A stretch of DNA of 64,000 nucleotides from Octopus sinensis. Its lineage: Eukaryota. The notes beneath the pieces were generated by a model that was not told the DNA's origin, made no database searches, and saw nothing but the letters and a program-made list of their open reading frames with translations. This document shows, piece by piece, positions 49,555 through 64,000 of this stretch. The stretch is from assembly GCF_006345805.1 (NCBI RefSeq), contig NC_043012.1, positions 25,482,001 through 25,546,000 of the forward strand. The letters run 5' to 3'. Numbering within the stretch: the first letter of the stretch is position 1; the number at the start of each line of letters is the position of its first letter. The translations under genes were made by a program, and so were the position numbers.

Positions 49555-50466
49555 AAAAGGATCATAGGTACTGTGACCCCTCTTCCAGTTCAATCAGGAA
49601 AAATGTTAAAATTCGCATAGTAGAATATATTATTTTATGAAGAGGAAGCACTGGAAAAGGATTGGGTTATTTATATATTTTCTTGACGTAGTTATATATT
49701 TTCTTCATGCTGTATGAACATTTAGTGTGGTTTTGGAGTCAAGTTTTGACTGCTATTTCCAGCTTGGTAGCATCTTTTTAGACACACACACACACGCACA
49801 CACACATACACACACACATACACACACACAAACAAACGAGCACTCACATATATACTGGTTGATGTCAGTCGTAAAAGGTTCTTCGGTGAAATCAACGAGG
49901 AGCGCTCTATTTTGTTGCTATTTCTAGCATTCCAAAGAAGCATATATATAATGCAAGAATTTGACTCCTCTCAGCAGCAGAAGACAAATGGTACGGCTAT
50001 ACTATAACCTCATTTCTGGAGTGGACAACTTTATGGAATAAAAAAAAAAAGAATCAATGTTTATTATTAAATAGAATCGGATATTTTCTCAAATATTAGA
50101 CACGACAAGACAACAAAATGGACGGCAACTTCTATCTTGACTACACTCGAACATTCTGCGATAAGTTTTGATTAAAGATTTCGTTTGGAATGTCTTGTAT
50201 CCCCGGAGATTACAGGACGTGTATTTTTGCAGGAACTTACACGACTAAGTGGTTATATCGAAGGAAATCAATGATACTATTTTCATATCACTTCCAGTCA
50301 CATCTCTTGTAATTGTACTAACACTTTTCTTTCTCTGTTTCAAACCTATGTATAGAAATAGAATTATATATGTCTGGTGATATATACGCGTTTATATATA
50401 TATATATATATAGACATAGACACACACAACAAAAGCACAGGTATATATATCTGCATATATGTATAT

Positions 50467-50522
<56 letters not shown>

Positions 50523-50826
50523 GTATATACACAGAGAGGGTAGTATGCCGCAAGAAGCAAGTCAGTTGCGTAAAAGCGGTTTGCACTCAATATTTTGATG
50601 ATAGTTATACTATTCATACACATGCATACATACATACATACATACATATATACATACATACATACACACATACATACATACATACATACATACATACATA
50701 CATACATACATACATACATACAAAGATACGAACATACATGCATACATACATGCATACATATACATGCACTTGAAAATATAAATATATATATATATATACA
50801 TGTGTATATGTGTATATATACACATA

Positions 50827-51360
50827 GACGCAGGAGTGGTTGTGTGGCTTGCTCACCAACCACATGATTTCGGGTTCCGTTCCACTGCGAGGCACCTTGG
50901 GCAAACGTCTCCTACTATTGCCGCGGGTCGACCAACTCCTTGTGAACGGATTTGGTAGACGGAAACTGAAAGAAGCACGCCATCTTTCTCTCTTCTCTCT
51001 CTTTTTCTCCCTCTCTCTCTATATATATATACATGCACATATATATAGATAGATAGATTGATATAGATATATTACCTCAAAATTTATCATTCTACTTTTT
51101 CTATATATACTATATATAAGTATATGTTTGTGTGTGTGCGTGTGTGTGTGTGTATTTTTGTGTCTGTTATTGTCCCCTACTATCACCTGACAACCGATGC
51201 TAGTGCGTTTACATCCCCGTAAGTTAACGATTCGGCAAAAGTGAACGATACAATAAACAAGGTTTACTAAGAATAAGTCATGGGGTCAATTTGTTCGATT
51301 AAGGCGGTGCTCCACCACTGCAGTAGTCAAATAACTGAAATACCTAAAAGAGTAAAAAGA
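50827..51360 (+). mobile_element. Family-B SINE with expanded internal CT/TA/TG array
   Basis: Head, CORE-like CCACTGCGAGGCACCTTGGGCAA, and 3' half present. Confidence 0.88.
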
Positions 51361-51375
51361 TCTATCTATCTATCC

Positions 51376-51451
<76 letters not shown>

Positions 51452-51524
51452 GTCTGTTTGTCTGTCTGTATGTCTGTCTGTCTGTCTACATGTCTGTCTT
51501 TCCATCTATTTATCTATCTGTCTG

Positions 51525-51561
<37 letters not shown>

Positions 51562-51600
51562 TTATCTATCTGTCTGTCTATCTATCTATCTATCTATCTT

Positions 51601-51652
<52 letters not shown>
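51361..51652. repeat. (TATC)n/(TGTC)n microsatellite
   Basis: Direct reading. Confidence 0.95.
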
Positions 51653-53023
51653 AATGTTTGGTGTGTATAATTTGTGTATATATAAAACTAATAGCATAAA
51701 TGTATACACCCGCATAACTCTGTAACTTTTGAGGCGTGTTTGTCTGTATGCAAGTACACTTACACAGACCTTGCACCCCCACACACACTCGCACGCTCCC
51801 TCATACACACTTATCCCCACACACGCATGCACATCTACACACTTGCCTACGCATAGACATACACACGCATATGCACATGCATCAGAACCACAAAAGCTTT
51901 GTAGTTTGTTTTTGTTTTTGAATGTTGTTGTTTTTTTTTGCTTTTTTTCGCAACAGGAAATTCCGGAAATTTATCATGGAAAATTGCAGCCTTTCAAAGT
52001 CTCTTCTTCAGAACGAAGTGGTACTTTTGCATGTTGCTGTGAAATTACAATTTGCGAAACCCATGATTATTTCTATTTTAGCATTGATGCTGAAATCTCA
52101 TTAGTCAATTGTATATATTTTTTGCAACTTGTGTATTCTTAATTTTACAATTTATATACTACAAGATTTAGCTTCCATTAAAAATAACAGCCTTTTGAAC
52201 CGTGAATTGAAAGCTAAATGCAACCACGACTGCGATTGGTCGAGAATTAAGCGACTCATGCTGTCGGGATACAATATTTGAAGAGTTACTCGACTTTGAA
52301 ATATACGTCAGCATCGTCGATATTTCGAAATGGACTACCTACTTAACTTTATCCAAGTGACAGGATCGATGTATATATTTAAAAACCACCTGCGTGACCT
52401 GCTAAACAAGATAAGATATTATCCATGATACATATATTATAATAAAAAAAGATGGAGAATGTATTGTAGCTCCCATACGGCTAAATTTTATGATGTTCAT
52501 CCTGGTCACAGTAGAGTAAATATAATGGTATACATAAATATACGATATACAACACGAATATGGTCAATACATACGTCGAAATATGGAATTAAGTCCTAAA
52601 TCTACTTCTGCTCTAAAATTCATCTTGCAGAGCAGTATTTAGAAATATCACAGCTGTAAATCAGAGTTTTACTAAATATAAAAATTCAAATAGAATATGC
52701 TGCTTGCATCACGTATATTTACAACGATATCGCCAGTAAATCTATTTACCCCAATCGAGATTTCCGTATTTTCCATGCTAAAATCTTTAACACAAAAAAT
52801 TACGAAGTTCTAGTAAAAAAAATCCCGCCCAAATTCTCGAATACAACACACATAAAAAAATACACCAGCCACGATTAAACACAAATAAAAATGAATCAGT
52901 GACTTACTGATTATCAAAGAGATGGACGCATGATTAGACCCATCATAGAACATGATTTAAAAAAGGCATAATAATAACTAAGCTAACGCTACTAATACAC
53001 TATATAGATATTGATTACTTAAT

Positions 53024-53313
53024 CACGTGACCGACCGTGCTATCAGATGTTGCTACACATCGCTGGTCACAATGCACTTCGCATTGTTTTAGCCTTCAAA
53101 TTACGCCACCCCGCTGGCTAAGCGAGCAGGCCAACAAAAGAAAGAGGGAGAGAAAGAGTACAGCAGGGATCGCCGCCATTCCCTGCCGGAGACTCGTGGA
53201 GCTTCAGGTGTTTTCGATAAATAAACACTCACAACGCCCGGCCTGGGAATCGAAACCGCGATCCTACCACCGAGCGTCCGCTGCCCTAACCTCTGAGCCA
53301 TTGCGCCTCCACA
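53024..53313 (-). mobile_element. Family-C SINE, tail type 3 (RTE-like), with perfect 10-bp TSD
   Basis: ATTACTTAAT at 53014-53023 and 53314-53323. Head GTGGAGGCGCAATGGCTCAGAGG; tail ...TGTGACCAGCGATGTGTAGCAACATCTGATAGCACGGTCGGTCACGTGAT. Confidence 0.92.
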
Positions 53314-53973
53314 ATTACTTAATATTAATAATTAATACTTTATTCATTGATAATTAATCAGTAAGCTTCTACACCAAGAAACAAAGCATTGATGACGAAT
53401 GCGTTACGGAGATTCCATTGCATATCAAATTTAATTGTTCCACTGACCAATGAAATGAGCAACTTCGATGCACGCCGACGTAATACAAACCAATACTTGA
53501 CAGAAAGAAAAAAACATTGGTTGACAAGACTTGTATACTTTACAGAAAGAAATGGATACCATAAGATTATAACGTGAGTAATATTCCTCTTAGGCGGACG
53601 ACTTTCTACCCTAAGAAGGTAAAAATTTAAAATCTATATATGGAGGATATAAGTTAATCACAAACAAAATGTCCGCTTGATCGAAGGTACATTCAAGATT
53701 TCAGGCCGTATATATTAAGTTATAGAAGAGAAATGCAACAAAAGGTCAATAGCACAATCTGTAGACCTCCATTTAAGTAATTACAAGGGTCAACTCGTAA
53801 TGCTTTCAAAGTCTGATACGAAGATCACACCAAATACGTTTGACACGAACAATACTACGTTAAATGGAATGCTGTTGCCACGTGACAACTGGTGGTACTG
53901 TCACGATGTAATAACTGGAATGTGCATAAATTTTGAATGTGAATCGATAAATCTTAACCAAGGGTTAAGATAT

Positions 53974-54139
53974 AGGCGTAGGATTGGCTGTGTGGTAAGT
54001 AGGTTTCTTACGGACCACATGGTTCCGGGTTCAGTCCCACTGCGTGGCACCTTGAACAAGTTTCTTCTACTATAGCCTCGGGTCGCCCAAAGCCTTGTGA
54101 GTGGATTTGGTAGACGGAAACTGAAAGAAGCCCGTCATA

Positions 54140-54190
<51 letters not shown>

Positions 54191-54464
54191 GTGTGCGTGC
54201 GTGCGTGTGTGTGTGCGTCTGTGTGTGTGTGTGTGTGTGTGTAAGTGTGTGTATATGTTTGTGTGTCTGTGTTTGAAACCCCAACATTGCTTGACAACCG
54301 CTGCTGGTGTGTTTATGTCTACGTGACCTAGCCGTTCGGCAAAAGGGAACCGATAGAATAAGTACTAGGCTTCCAAAGAATAAGTCCTGGACTCAATTTG
54401 CTCGACTAAAGGCGGTGCTCCTGCATGCCCACAGTCAAATGACTGAAAAAAGTAAAAGAGTAAG
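53974..54464 (+). mobile_element. Family-B SINE, full length, internal (TA)n(TG)n
   Basis: All family-B blocks present. Confidence 0.92.
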
Positions 54465-55081
54465 GGTGAAGGAAGCTTGATCAAGCTTAACTTTTTTTCG
54501 AAGGGAGTTTGAATTTCAAACAAATTAAACTTAGAGGTGATACATAGTGGTCACATCAAGAATTTGAAAACGCACATTATAATCTAAGTTAAGATTTTCC
54601 ATATTAATTATTATAAGGTAAATATATTGATCGTTACGAAGAAAATATTCTGGTCATTTGTGAACTGTACGTTAGCGAACTTTCCACGTGTCTCAACATA
54701 TGTATATCAATAACATAGTGATGTTGTCTTGAATTAGAAATCATTTATCAAGGCACAAAACCTACCTAACTGATCGGGCATACGTAAAACAACACATGTT
54801 GATACAGGTCACCTGCATTACAAATCTAATTGTACTCTATAGCTTCTACAAATATGTAGTGTACCTAAACACGCACACGTACATAGGCAGGCTCACAAAC
54901 ATACACATATGCATACACCCCCAACATATATATACATACATATAGGGTGTGCCTATGTTTATATGTACTATGTGACACATACATTTACACACTCACACGC
55001 AGACACCCACAGAAATACATGTACATGCATCGTATATATGTATATTAAGTACCTATGTGTGTGCGCCTCTTTGTCAGACAG

Positions 55082-55127
<46 letters not shown>

Positions 55128-55169
55128 GTGTGTGTATTTATTTGTATATAGCATCTATATGCGTATTAT

Positions 55170-55203
<34 letters not shown>

Positions 55204-55344
55204 ATATTCACACATTGGGTATATACATACATATATATATACATGTGTCTATATATGTGTCTATATATATGCATAACATACTCATACACACATACATACA
55301 AACACGCGGGAGCGTACACACATGCACACACACACATACACACA

Positions 55345-55409
<65 letters not shown>

Positions 55410-55730
55410 TACATACATAGATATAAATATAGATAGATACATGATAATGATATATATGACAACGATGTGTAGATCAATTTATATTTACACACACACCTGT
55501 AGTTAGTATATCACGAAGTGTCGCTAGGTATGAGAATTTCTCGGTATTTTTAGGAAACCAGAAAAGCATCGTGGTGATGATTAATATCTTGAATGCGTAA
55601 CAAATTAAATTATTCCATTTGCTGGCAGAGATTATGTCCGATATAGAAATTGTACGATGCTACCACAAGGACATGGATTGCATACATACAAGAATATCCA
55701 TACATGCATCTTTATACACGTACACACATA

Positions 55731-55766
<36 letters not shown>

Positions 55767-56060
55767 CGTGGCGTTATGTAGATTTGTAAGAGTGATATTT
55801 CGCAGATGGCACTCACCTCAGAGACATGTGATCAGAGAGATGAACGGAAAACTTGGTGAAACTTTAAATGATTAATCGTAGAATTTTGTCACCTTGTACA
55901 TCTTCGAGGGAGAGTGAAATGGTTTAGGGCGACAATAAAATGAAGAAAATGGAAAACAATTCGGCGGAATTTTGTAAGTATTAAATGTCTCTGCATGTCT
56001 CTGTATGTGTGTGTATGTGTGTGTGTGTGTGTGTGTATGTGTGTGTGCGTGCGTGCGTGT

Positions 56061-56091
<31 letters not shown>

Positions 56092-57549
56092 GTGTGTGTG
56101 TATTTATTTACTTATTTATAGTATTAATAACGAACGATCAGGGGAACGAAGATTTTCCACATCTATACTTTTATTTAATTAAACAGTTACTTACAGCATT
56201 CTTTGTGCACCTACGCGCGTTTCTACTGCATCAACTGCATACTGCGAGATGAAAATTTTTTATTTTTGATACAGTTTCTTCAGGGTTCATTATTTACCGC
56301 CATTCAAAGTTGTGTGTGTATGTATGTATGTATGTATGTATGTATGTATGTATGTATGTATGTATGGATGGATGGATGGATGGATGTTTGAATATGTATA
56401 ATTCATTTGGTGAAAACTGATTTAAAATAAGAGCTTCTCAGAGTTTCTTGCCATTGAGACATGTGGTCAGGCAGGTTTTATGATGTCATTTGTCTCTCCA
56501 CTGCACATTCAAGGATATTTTTCACTTTCTTGGGTAATTGTTTGTTGTTCTTACCTTAGAGGAACAAATAGATATGTAGAAACATTCCTTAGTCGAATAT
56601 CCCTTATGTGTTGATATTTAAATATTGATTTGTAAAAAAATTAGTTATTCTTAAATTCATGAATTATGTGGAAGGTGGTGTCGATGAAATGAACACCAAC
56701 ATTTTATGGTACTTTTTTTTAATCAGGATTGGGAGGTTCAAAGAAATGATATTTCTACTCTGTATCGATTAAAAGAGAAAAAAAAAAAAGAAAAGAAAAG
56801 AAACAAGAAAAGAAACAAGCATGCAAATCAACAATACGAAAGCACATAAAATGTGAACCGAAAATTTACTAATTATTACAATCATGATAACCACAAGTGG
56901 GTTTGCCTGGAAACCCGATCTACCCTTCACGCAAGTAGATGCGTCTGATTTAAAATCCCCAGTTAGTATTGAGGGCTTTCAGATCTGTAACGTTGCTGAG
57001 GACCGCATATTCTGCTGGCTAAAATACATTTTTCTACTCTGGTGTGTGTGAGGAAGCCACTAGATAAATGGTTACCTACCAGCAGCCACGCACTGGTTGG
57101 TTGCCATTCATCTAGCCGATTCCTCGGAGATCTCCGCTTGCACGTGTTTTAGCCTTTTCTGGAGTTTGTTTGTTTCTATCTTAAAGAGATCTGCTCAGTT
57201 TTGTTTTGAACACTTGCGAACGAGCCAGCATTCACTAGACACGTATTAGAACCCTTGTACGTGATGGTTTAGTTCTCCTTTTGTTGCTGCTGGGGGAGAC
57301 AGTAGTGGAAATGGATGACCGAGAGGTGATATCCCCTGTAAAGTTGACGTTGGATGGAACAGCATATTTGGGATCTGCTGGTAACAGCTTCCATATTATC
57401 TGTTACCAAATCCGATACAAAATTTCACATCTGTCTTGAAAAAAAAGAAAAATATTCCCTCCGACCAATCGGAAGATCGCCCAAAAAGTGGAAAAAAGCA
57501 AAAATAAAAATTTCATTCTACATACATGTATGCGCGCGCACACACACAC

Positions 57550-57582
57550 AAATATATATTATATATATATATATAGATTATA

Positions 57583-57660
<78 letters not shown>

Positions 57661-57733
57661 ATATATGAATATATATACATTCATATTATATAATATACAT
57701 TCATATATATTCATATATACACCACACACACAC

Positions 57734-57802
<69 letters not shown>

Positions 57803-57918
57803 AATATATATGAATGTATATGTATATATATATATTTATAAATATGTATCTGTCTCTCTGTCTATCTCTTTCTTTCTTTCTTTCTTTCTTTCTTTTTATC
57901 TATCTATCTATCTATTTT

Positions 57919-57993
<75 letters not shown>

Positions 57994-58015
57994 GTCTGTC
58001 TGTCTGTCTATCTGT
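57550..58015. repeat. Compound TA/TG/TTTC/TATC microsatellite
   Basis: Direct reading. Confidence 0.95.
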
Positions 58016-58912
58016 CAGTGCATCTATCTATTTATCAATCTATGTGAGATCGCTACTGGAAACATTGAGCGAGAACAGTATATTGCAATGTCTGGATGCC
58101 GGCGACTAAACCTGCAACCCTTACCAAGCGTGGTTGGTTAGGAAGAAGCATTATGGACAATCTGCGGGGTGAACAGACAATATTCGTGAAAAAGCGAAGG
58201 AGCGTAGGAGAGTTAAATGCTATCAAATATAATCAAGAATAGATGCTGCGTACCAGTCGTAGTGAAGCCAATCGATCACGAAGTCACTCTCTGAAAGAAA
58301 ATCCCTTCAGCGAGGACTTGCACCGAACTGACAGTGTTTTTGCATACAGGTATCTAAACAGTAGAGTCTCTAAAGTGGAGTCGGAGATAGCGCACTTGTA
58401 TACCGATAATGTATACTGATATATACGTATTTAATAAATAAAATTCAGCTGTGTCTTTCCAGTTATGAATACATGCACAATAATTAACTAAATAGACCAT
58501 GGGTCATCAAAGTCATACAGGGTTACACGTACAGTACGCATTGCAGCGTAGGCTAACTATAGACAACAGATCAAAATATCTGGAAGGTTCTGAGTTTGGT
58601 GAAGAATGAATAATAACACAGAAGGGTTGCTGTTCACTACAGCTGTTTCAGATGTGTTTTCTAGTGATGTATAAAAGTATTCCATCTTAGACAAATGAAA
58701 TAATGTTGTAATTAGGTGAATACAGATAAGTATTAACAATTAGAACTTCTCACAAAACATAACGTGGAGACAAATGACCCCACCGACCTGATTAGGGCAG
58801 GAGATTACGTAGCTGTTACTAAGTATATATTATGATATAAAGAGCTGAAGTGAACTACAACGCATCTCCGTTATTGCCTACTTACATAAATACACACAGA
58901 ATACATATATAT

Positions 58913-58957
<45 letters not shown>

Positions 58958-59832
58958 CTATAGGGAGATAAATAAAATATATGCATACATACAAACATAT
59001 ATGTACGTACCTACATCTACATGTATATATACATGCATATATAAATAATTATACGGAAGTACAGGACATCACAATAAGACGTAAAAAAACAGAAAAAGCC
59101 AAAAACAAAAAAACAAGGAAACGGAAAACGAAAACCAAATACAGGACAGGTTACACAAGGACAAAACCCCCGTCATCAGCTGTCGCTAGAGGAGTCAGGC
59201 ATGTTTCGAAGGCATAACAGAACAATAATCCAATAGGCCTTCCTGCGAGAGAATTAAAATAAAATTTCAAGCAGCGGGGCACAATGAGTACGAACACAAA
59301 CAAGATGTAACAATAAGACTGCAAAATTAAAATACATGTACAAAAACAAACACAAGAGGACGAACGAAAAAGCCTTTTTTCTGGCATAGACAAACAATAA
59401 AACTGCAAAAATAAATACATGTACAAAAAGTACAATTAGTTACAAAACGAGAAAATAACAAGAATACTATACAGGAAATTAACCACACAAGGGGACGAAC
59501 GAAAAAGCCTTTTTTTGCTGGCAAGGACGAAAGTGTAGTAGCAGCGCGCGTGGAGGCGTCTTTTCAATAGTGGTAACCACGTGTAAAGGAATTTTGTTTT
59601 ATAGGCAAGGAAGAAGGGGGAAGGAGGAGGGGGACACGCGGCGAAGAGAGAGGAGGAGGGGGAGGAGGAAGAAGAAGGAGGTTATTAAACGCTTAAGCAA
59701 AGGGATATTTATATATATATATGTATATATATGTATAGCTATCAATCTGTCCATTTATCTACACAGACAAACATACACACATACATATATGTATTGATAT
59801 ATGCTTATATATATATGTATATATAAATTAAA

Positions 59833-59879
<47 letters not shown>

Positions 59880-61112
59880 CAATACTTATATATAATATAT
59901 ATATATATATATGTATGTATATATATATGTATGTATATATATACATACACTTATATTTATATCTATATCTATATGGCTGTGTGTCTGTGTGTCTTGCTTT
60001 TATTTGATATACGGGTGTTGGCCATTTAAAATATATCACGTATCACGGGTTGTATCATCAGTTTAGGTCGATCCTGCTTTTTCGCAACATCAGTCCTTAT
60101 GGGCGCGAATATTATTATTTATGTTCTAAGCAGTTTTTGTAATAGTAAACCGCAGCAATGTTATATAAATTGTAAACTAAACCCTTTAATTACTATTTTC
60201 AAAAGCTGATATCATGCTAAAGATTATAAACTCTATGATGGTGATGGTGATATTAATAACAGCAAACAAACGAGTGAATGATGATTAGTGCAAGGTTACA
60301 AACTACAATTTTTTTGGGAAATGGACGATTAAATGGTACAATGAGATTGAATTCTCTCGTAAATAACTTATCGACTCCAATCATACATACAAACATATAC
60401 ACATACATACATACATACATACATATATACATACATACATACATACATACATAATTACACGTGTTAATTATATATATATATATAGATATATATATATATT
60501 AACACGTGTAATTATGTATGTATGTATATATATATTATATATATATATGTGTGTGTAGTGTGTGTGTGCTTATGTGCGTGTATATATACATACATATATA
60601 ATATATACATTATATATATATATATATATAATAATATATATATATTATATATTATATATATATATAGTATATCTATGATATATATGTATCTTCCTGCACA
60701 CACACACACATACAGACACAACACATATATATATTCTTTGTGAGTGAGTGTGTGCGTATGTGTACATAGAAATAGAGTGGGAGCAAAATAAAGAGAACGA
60801 GAGAGTGAGAGAGAACGGGAGAGAGAGAGAAAGAGAGAGAGAGAGACATATAGAAAAAGAAAGAAAGAGCATCAAGAGCTATAGCGAGTGAGGGAAGCAC
60901 GGAAATTGTCCCAATTTAACATCAAACGGTTCACTTTTCAAGAGACAAGCTATACAAGCGATTTTAATTTATATTAGATATACATATAAGTACATACATT
61001 CATGTTTATATTGTCCAACATTCAGGCACCATTTAGGAAATTATACACATATACTAAATTATTATATATAGAGTATTTTTGTATGTACGTGTGTATATAC
61101 ATATATATATAT

Positions 61113-61208
<96 letters not shown>

Positions 61209-62754
61209 ATGTTATTATAAATGTGATCTGCCATACGCTCTCCAGACTCCCGCCACACATATATGCATGTTCATGTATACATACGTATGTTGATATGCCC
61301 ATGCGAAAAATCCTACTTAATTCAATAAGTGAAGGAGTAGTACAGGCTTCAGCCAAACAGAATTACGTACCTAAATTGGTTAATTTATGTCGCACCGAAT
61401 GGCTTTTGGTAACAAACACACTTGTTTGACTTTACTTCATATTTATGTTAATACATCGACAGGGATCTAGGTTTATATCAGCAGTCAACGATAGCATGTG
61501 GTTTAGCTTAAACAGTGGAAACCTCGAATTCAGTGGGTTTTGTTAACTGGTATTGGTACTCCGTCGTCCATTAGGACAACGAGGGTTCCAGTCAAAAATT
61601 TAGGCGTCGGATTTGACGTATGGCTATCAAAAGTTTCAGTAATGTTTCGGCTACCAAATAAACTTTATTTTCATTTACATATTTGCATTACAAAAATTTA
61701 ACATTATCATCTTTCTATAATCCAACGACATGTTATACCACGACGACGACACCATCATATTTTCTATGAGTGTGTATGTATGTGTCACTGTGTGTGTGTG
61801 TTTGCGCGTTCGTTACGTACGTTAGGCCGATGACTGAGATGTGAAAGAGTTTAGTTTAATTGCGGCCGGGACGCTGAACGAATGACACCATTCAGTTTGA
61901 AGTACCACTGTTTCCTTTTCATTATGGACAGTTGCGGTTTAGGCAGAATTAACGATTATCACTACTTCTGTCTTGAAAAATTATTCTGCTTCTTATAACC
62001 AGCATGAAGATTTAGCTAATTTGACAGCACTCACAACACTCGCAAATGCTATTCTGGTTATTATAACTAATTCGGAAACTTGGCAGATTTCAAAGCCTTT
62101 GCGGCTCTTTCAATATAATTACAGAAATATTATTCCAGTCCGTATAATCACTTTGAAAATAATGCTTTTTTTAACAGTCCTAGTGTCCATATCGTTGTTC
62201 TGTTATGCTGCTTTAATAGTGTTAATATTGAACGCCGCGCAACCTTTTTACTGCGTTAGTTACTATTTATTGTACAACCTTATAACCTTACACAGAATAT
62301 ATAAGTGATGTTCAATTAATTTATCTTGCTACATACATCGATCAGCAAATATTTTAAATTAATTAACGTTCACCGCAGTAAAACATTCCTTTGTACAGAC
62401 TTTGTTCAGCGTTCGTTTAAAAATTGTAAAATAATAGATTTTCTTGTATGAAAACTTGAATTATGCTTTCTGAATGTTCTTGGAGGTTGACTTTCTTCAC
62501 TGTGGCATTCAATCCTGAATTTTATAACATTTACTACATGTCCCATATAAATGTTGAATTTCTGTATTTTGTTACAGTGGTGACGCATAGTAATGTTTGC
62601 TAAATTGGTGACTTTCTGGCGCTGGAATATTTCTTTGGAAATATTCCCTAAAAATATTTTTATGCCATAACTATGTTACAGAAATTATGTTTTGCCCCTA
62701 TATTTTAACAATACTTCGTTTCGCTTGAAGTTCGTGTGTGTACGTTTTCCTGTT

Positions 62755-62977
62755 TTCAATATTCTTTTCTACTCTAGGCACAAGGCCCGAAATGTTTTGC
62801 GAGGGTGGCCATTCGATTATATCCACCCCAGAACGCAACTGGTACTTAATTTATCGACGCCGAAATGATGAAAGGCAAAGTGGACCTCGGCGAAATTTGA
62901 ACTCAGAACGTAAAGGCAGGTGAAATACCGCTAGGCATTTCGCCCGGCGTGCAAACTTTTCTGCCAGCTCACCGCTT
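62755..62977 (-). mobile_element. Family-A SINE
   Basis: Reverse complement of family-A head, B-box and body. Confidence 0.88.
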
Positions 62978-63059
62978 TCTGGTTTCCACTATTATCAATT
63001 CCACGAGTGTGTATGTATCAGTGAGTGTATGTGTTTCCGCGACCACTACGTCTATTGTG

Positions 63060-64000
63060 AACAACAGTAAAGGACATTTTACACCGTTTAATGAGGCCAC
63101 ATCTAATGAAGCAGCCATCCTTATTGCAGGTGATCCCCATGAAAATCGTGATATTCTCAATCTTGCTCGAAATAACAACCTTAAACGGGTTTCAGAAACT
63201 CATCCCTCGTGATGTTCTCCAATATTCTCTTATTATCTGGAATGGACAAGATAGGTATTATTTCAATATTCCTCAAATTGAAACTGCAGCAGGAGAGCCA
63301 ATTACAAGCAAAAATGTTTCGTCTAATTAATTCTATTCTTACTTACTGATATTATGACCAGAACAATCAAATCAAATACACATGTCGTGTGATCTATTTC
63401 AGCAATACCTGGTTGATATGTATGCTAAAGTTGTGAGTCAGCGTCCTCCCTTCACTCGTAACGATCAAAAAGAATTAAGGGTTAAAAAGTATATTCATTT
63501 CCAAGATGCTCTGATGACAGTTAGTGATATTCAAAATATGGGTCAATATATAATACCCCCATCATCATGCACAGGTGGTCCTCGATATATGCACGAACGA
63601 ACATAAGATGTTATGTCATATGTCATGTCATATGGAAAAGTAGAACATTTTGTCACTTTTACTTGCAATCCTAAATGGGAGGAAATATATTCTAACTTTC
63701 TTTCAGTGTTGTATCGTCTGGTATTGCAGCTATCTATCTCAATGGGGGAAGAACTGTTCATTCCATCTTCAAGCTCCTTCTAACCTTACAATGAATGAAT
63801 CTTAAATGAACAACATTCCCCCACCGAAAAAAAAAAAAACGAAAAGTTTATGGCAGCAGTTTCCCCAAAAACTTGTCTCATTGTTTGAGATGAGTGCACT
63901 GTCACATCGTTGAAATCCAAAGGTACTTTACCGTACCCTCAAAGACATAAAAAAAACAATAGCACGCTCATGGGAGGAGTAATGGTTCTTGCAGGAGATT
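63060..64000 (+). mobile_element. Decayed, internally deleted Helitron Rep/helicase (runs off window end)
   Basis: Rep-upstream region NEAAILIAGD..RDI..LKRVSETHPS, LFQQYLVDMYAK, IIPPSSCTGGPRYM, FVTFTCNPKWEEI; from 63708 PIF1-type helicase VVSSGIAAIYLNGGRTVHSIFKL, IV*DECT, RTLKDIKK..MGGV..AGD. Confidence 0.9.

Noticed and set aside
56900-57400. Possible host exon in a complex island
   Set aside because: There is no sustained ORF, recognisable motif or convincing splice pair; probably an old TE fragment, and I cannot assign it.
59190-59255. Hammerhead at GAAGGC...GCCTTCGAAACATG (minus)
   Set aside because: The CUGANGA half of the core is absent and there is no UH site; at most a dead remnant.

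Overview
AT-rich, microsatellite-saturated eukaryotic DNA with one 100-N scaffold gap (46352-46451). I recognise no intact host exon, tRNA, rRNA or CRISPR. The repeat content suggests a coleoid cephalopod, probably Octopus (inference). The window is a layered transposon graveyard: about 25 tRNA-derived SINE copies in at least 5 families, a truncated mariner plus mariner/Tc1 MITEs, a 644-bp foldback MITE with 8-bp TSD carrying telomere-like repeats, Penelope-like (PLE) RT and pseudo-LTR pieces, two RTE 3' ends, a frameshifted LINE ORF1, a HINE, and an internally deleted Helitron. Most notable: (1) a 37.8-45.3 kb nest of at least 4 R4/Dong-like subfamilies, all tailed by or inserted in (TAA)n, with a previously unplaced ~550-bp headless element that follows the same target and strand rule; (2) type I hammerhead ribozyme cores, the best at 5826-5918; (3) a SINE whose 3' tail matches an RTE LINE 3' end in the same window. 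All of this comes from reading by eye; no alignment, folding or database search was run.
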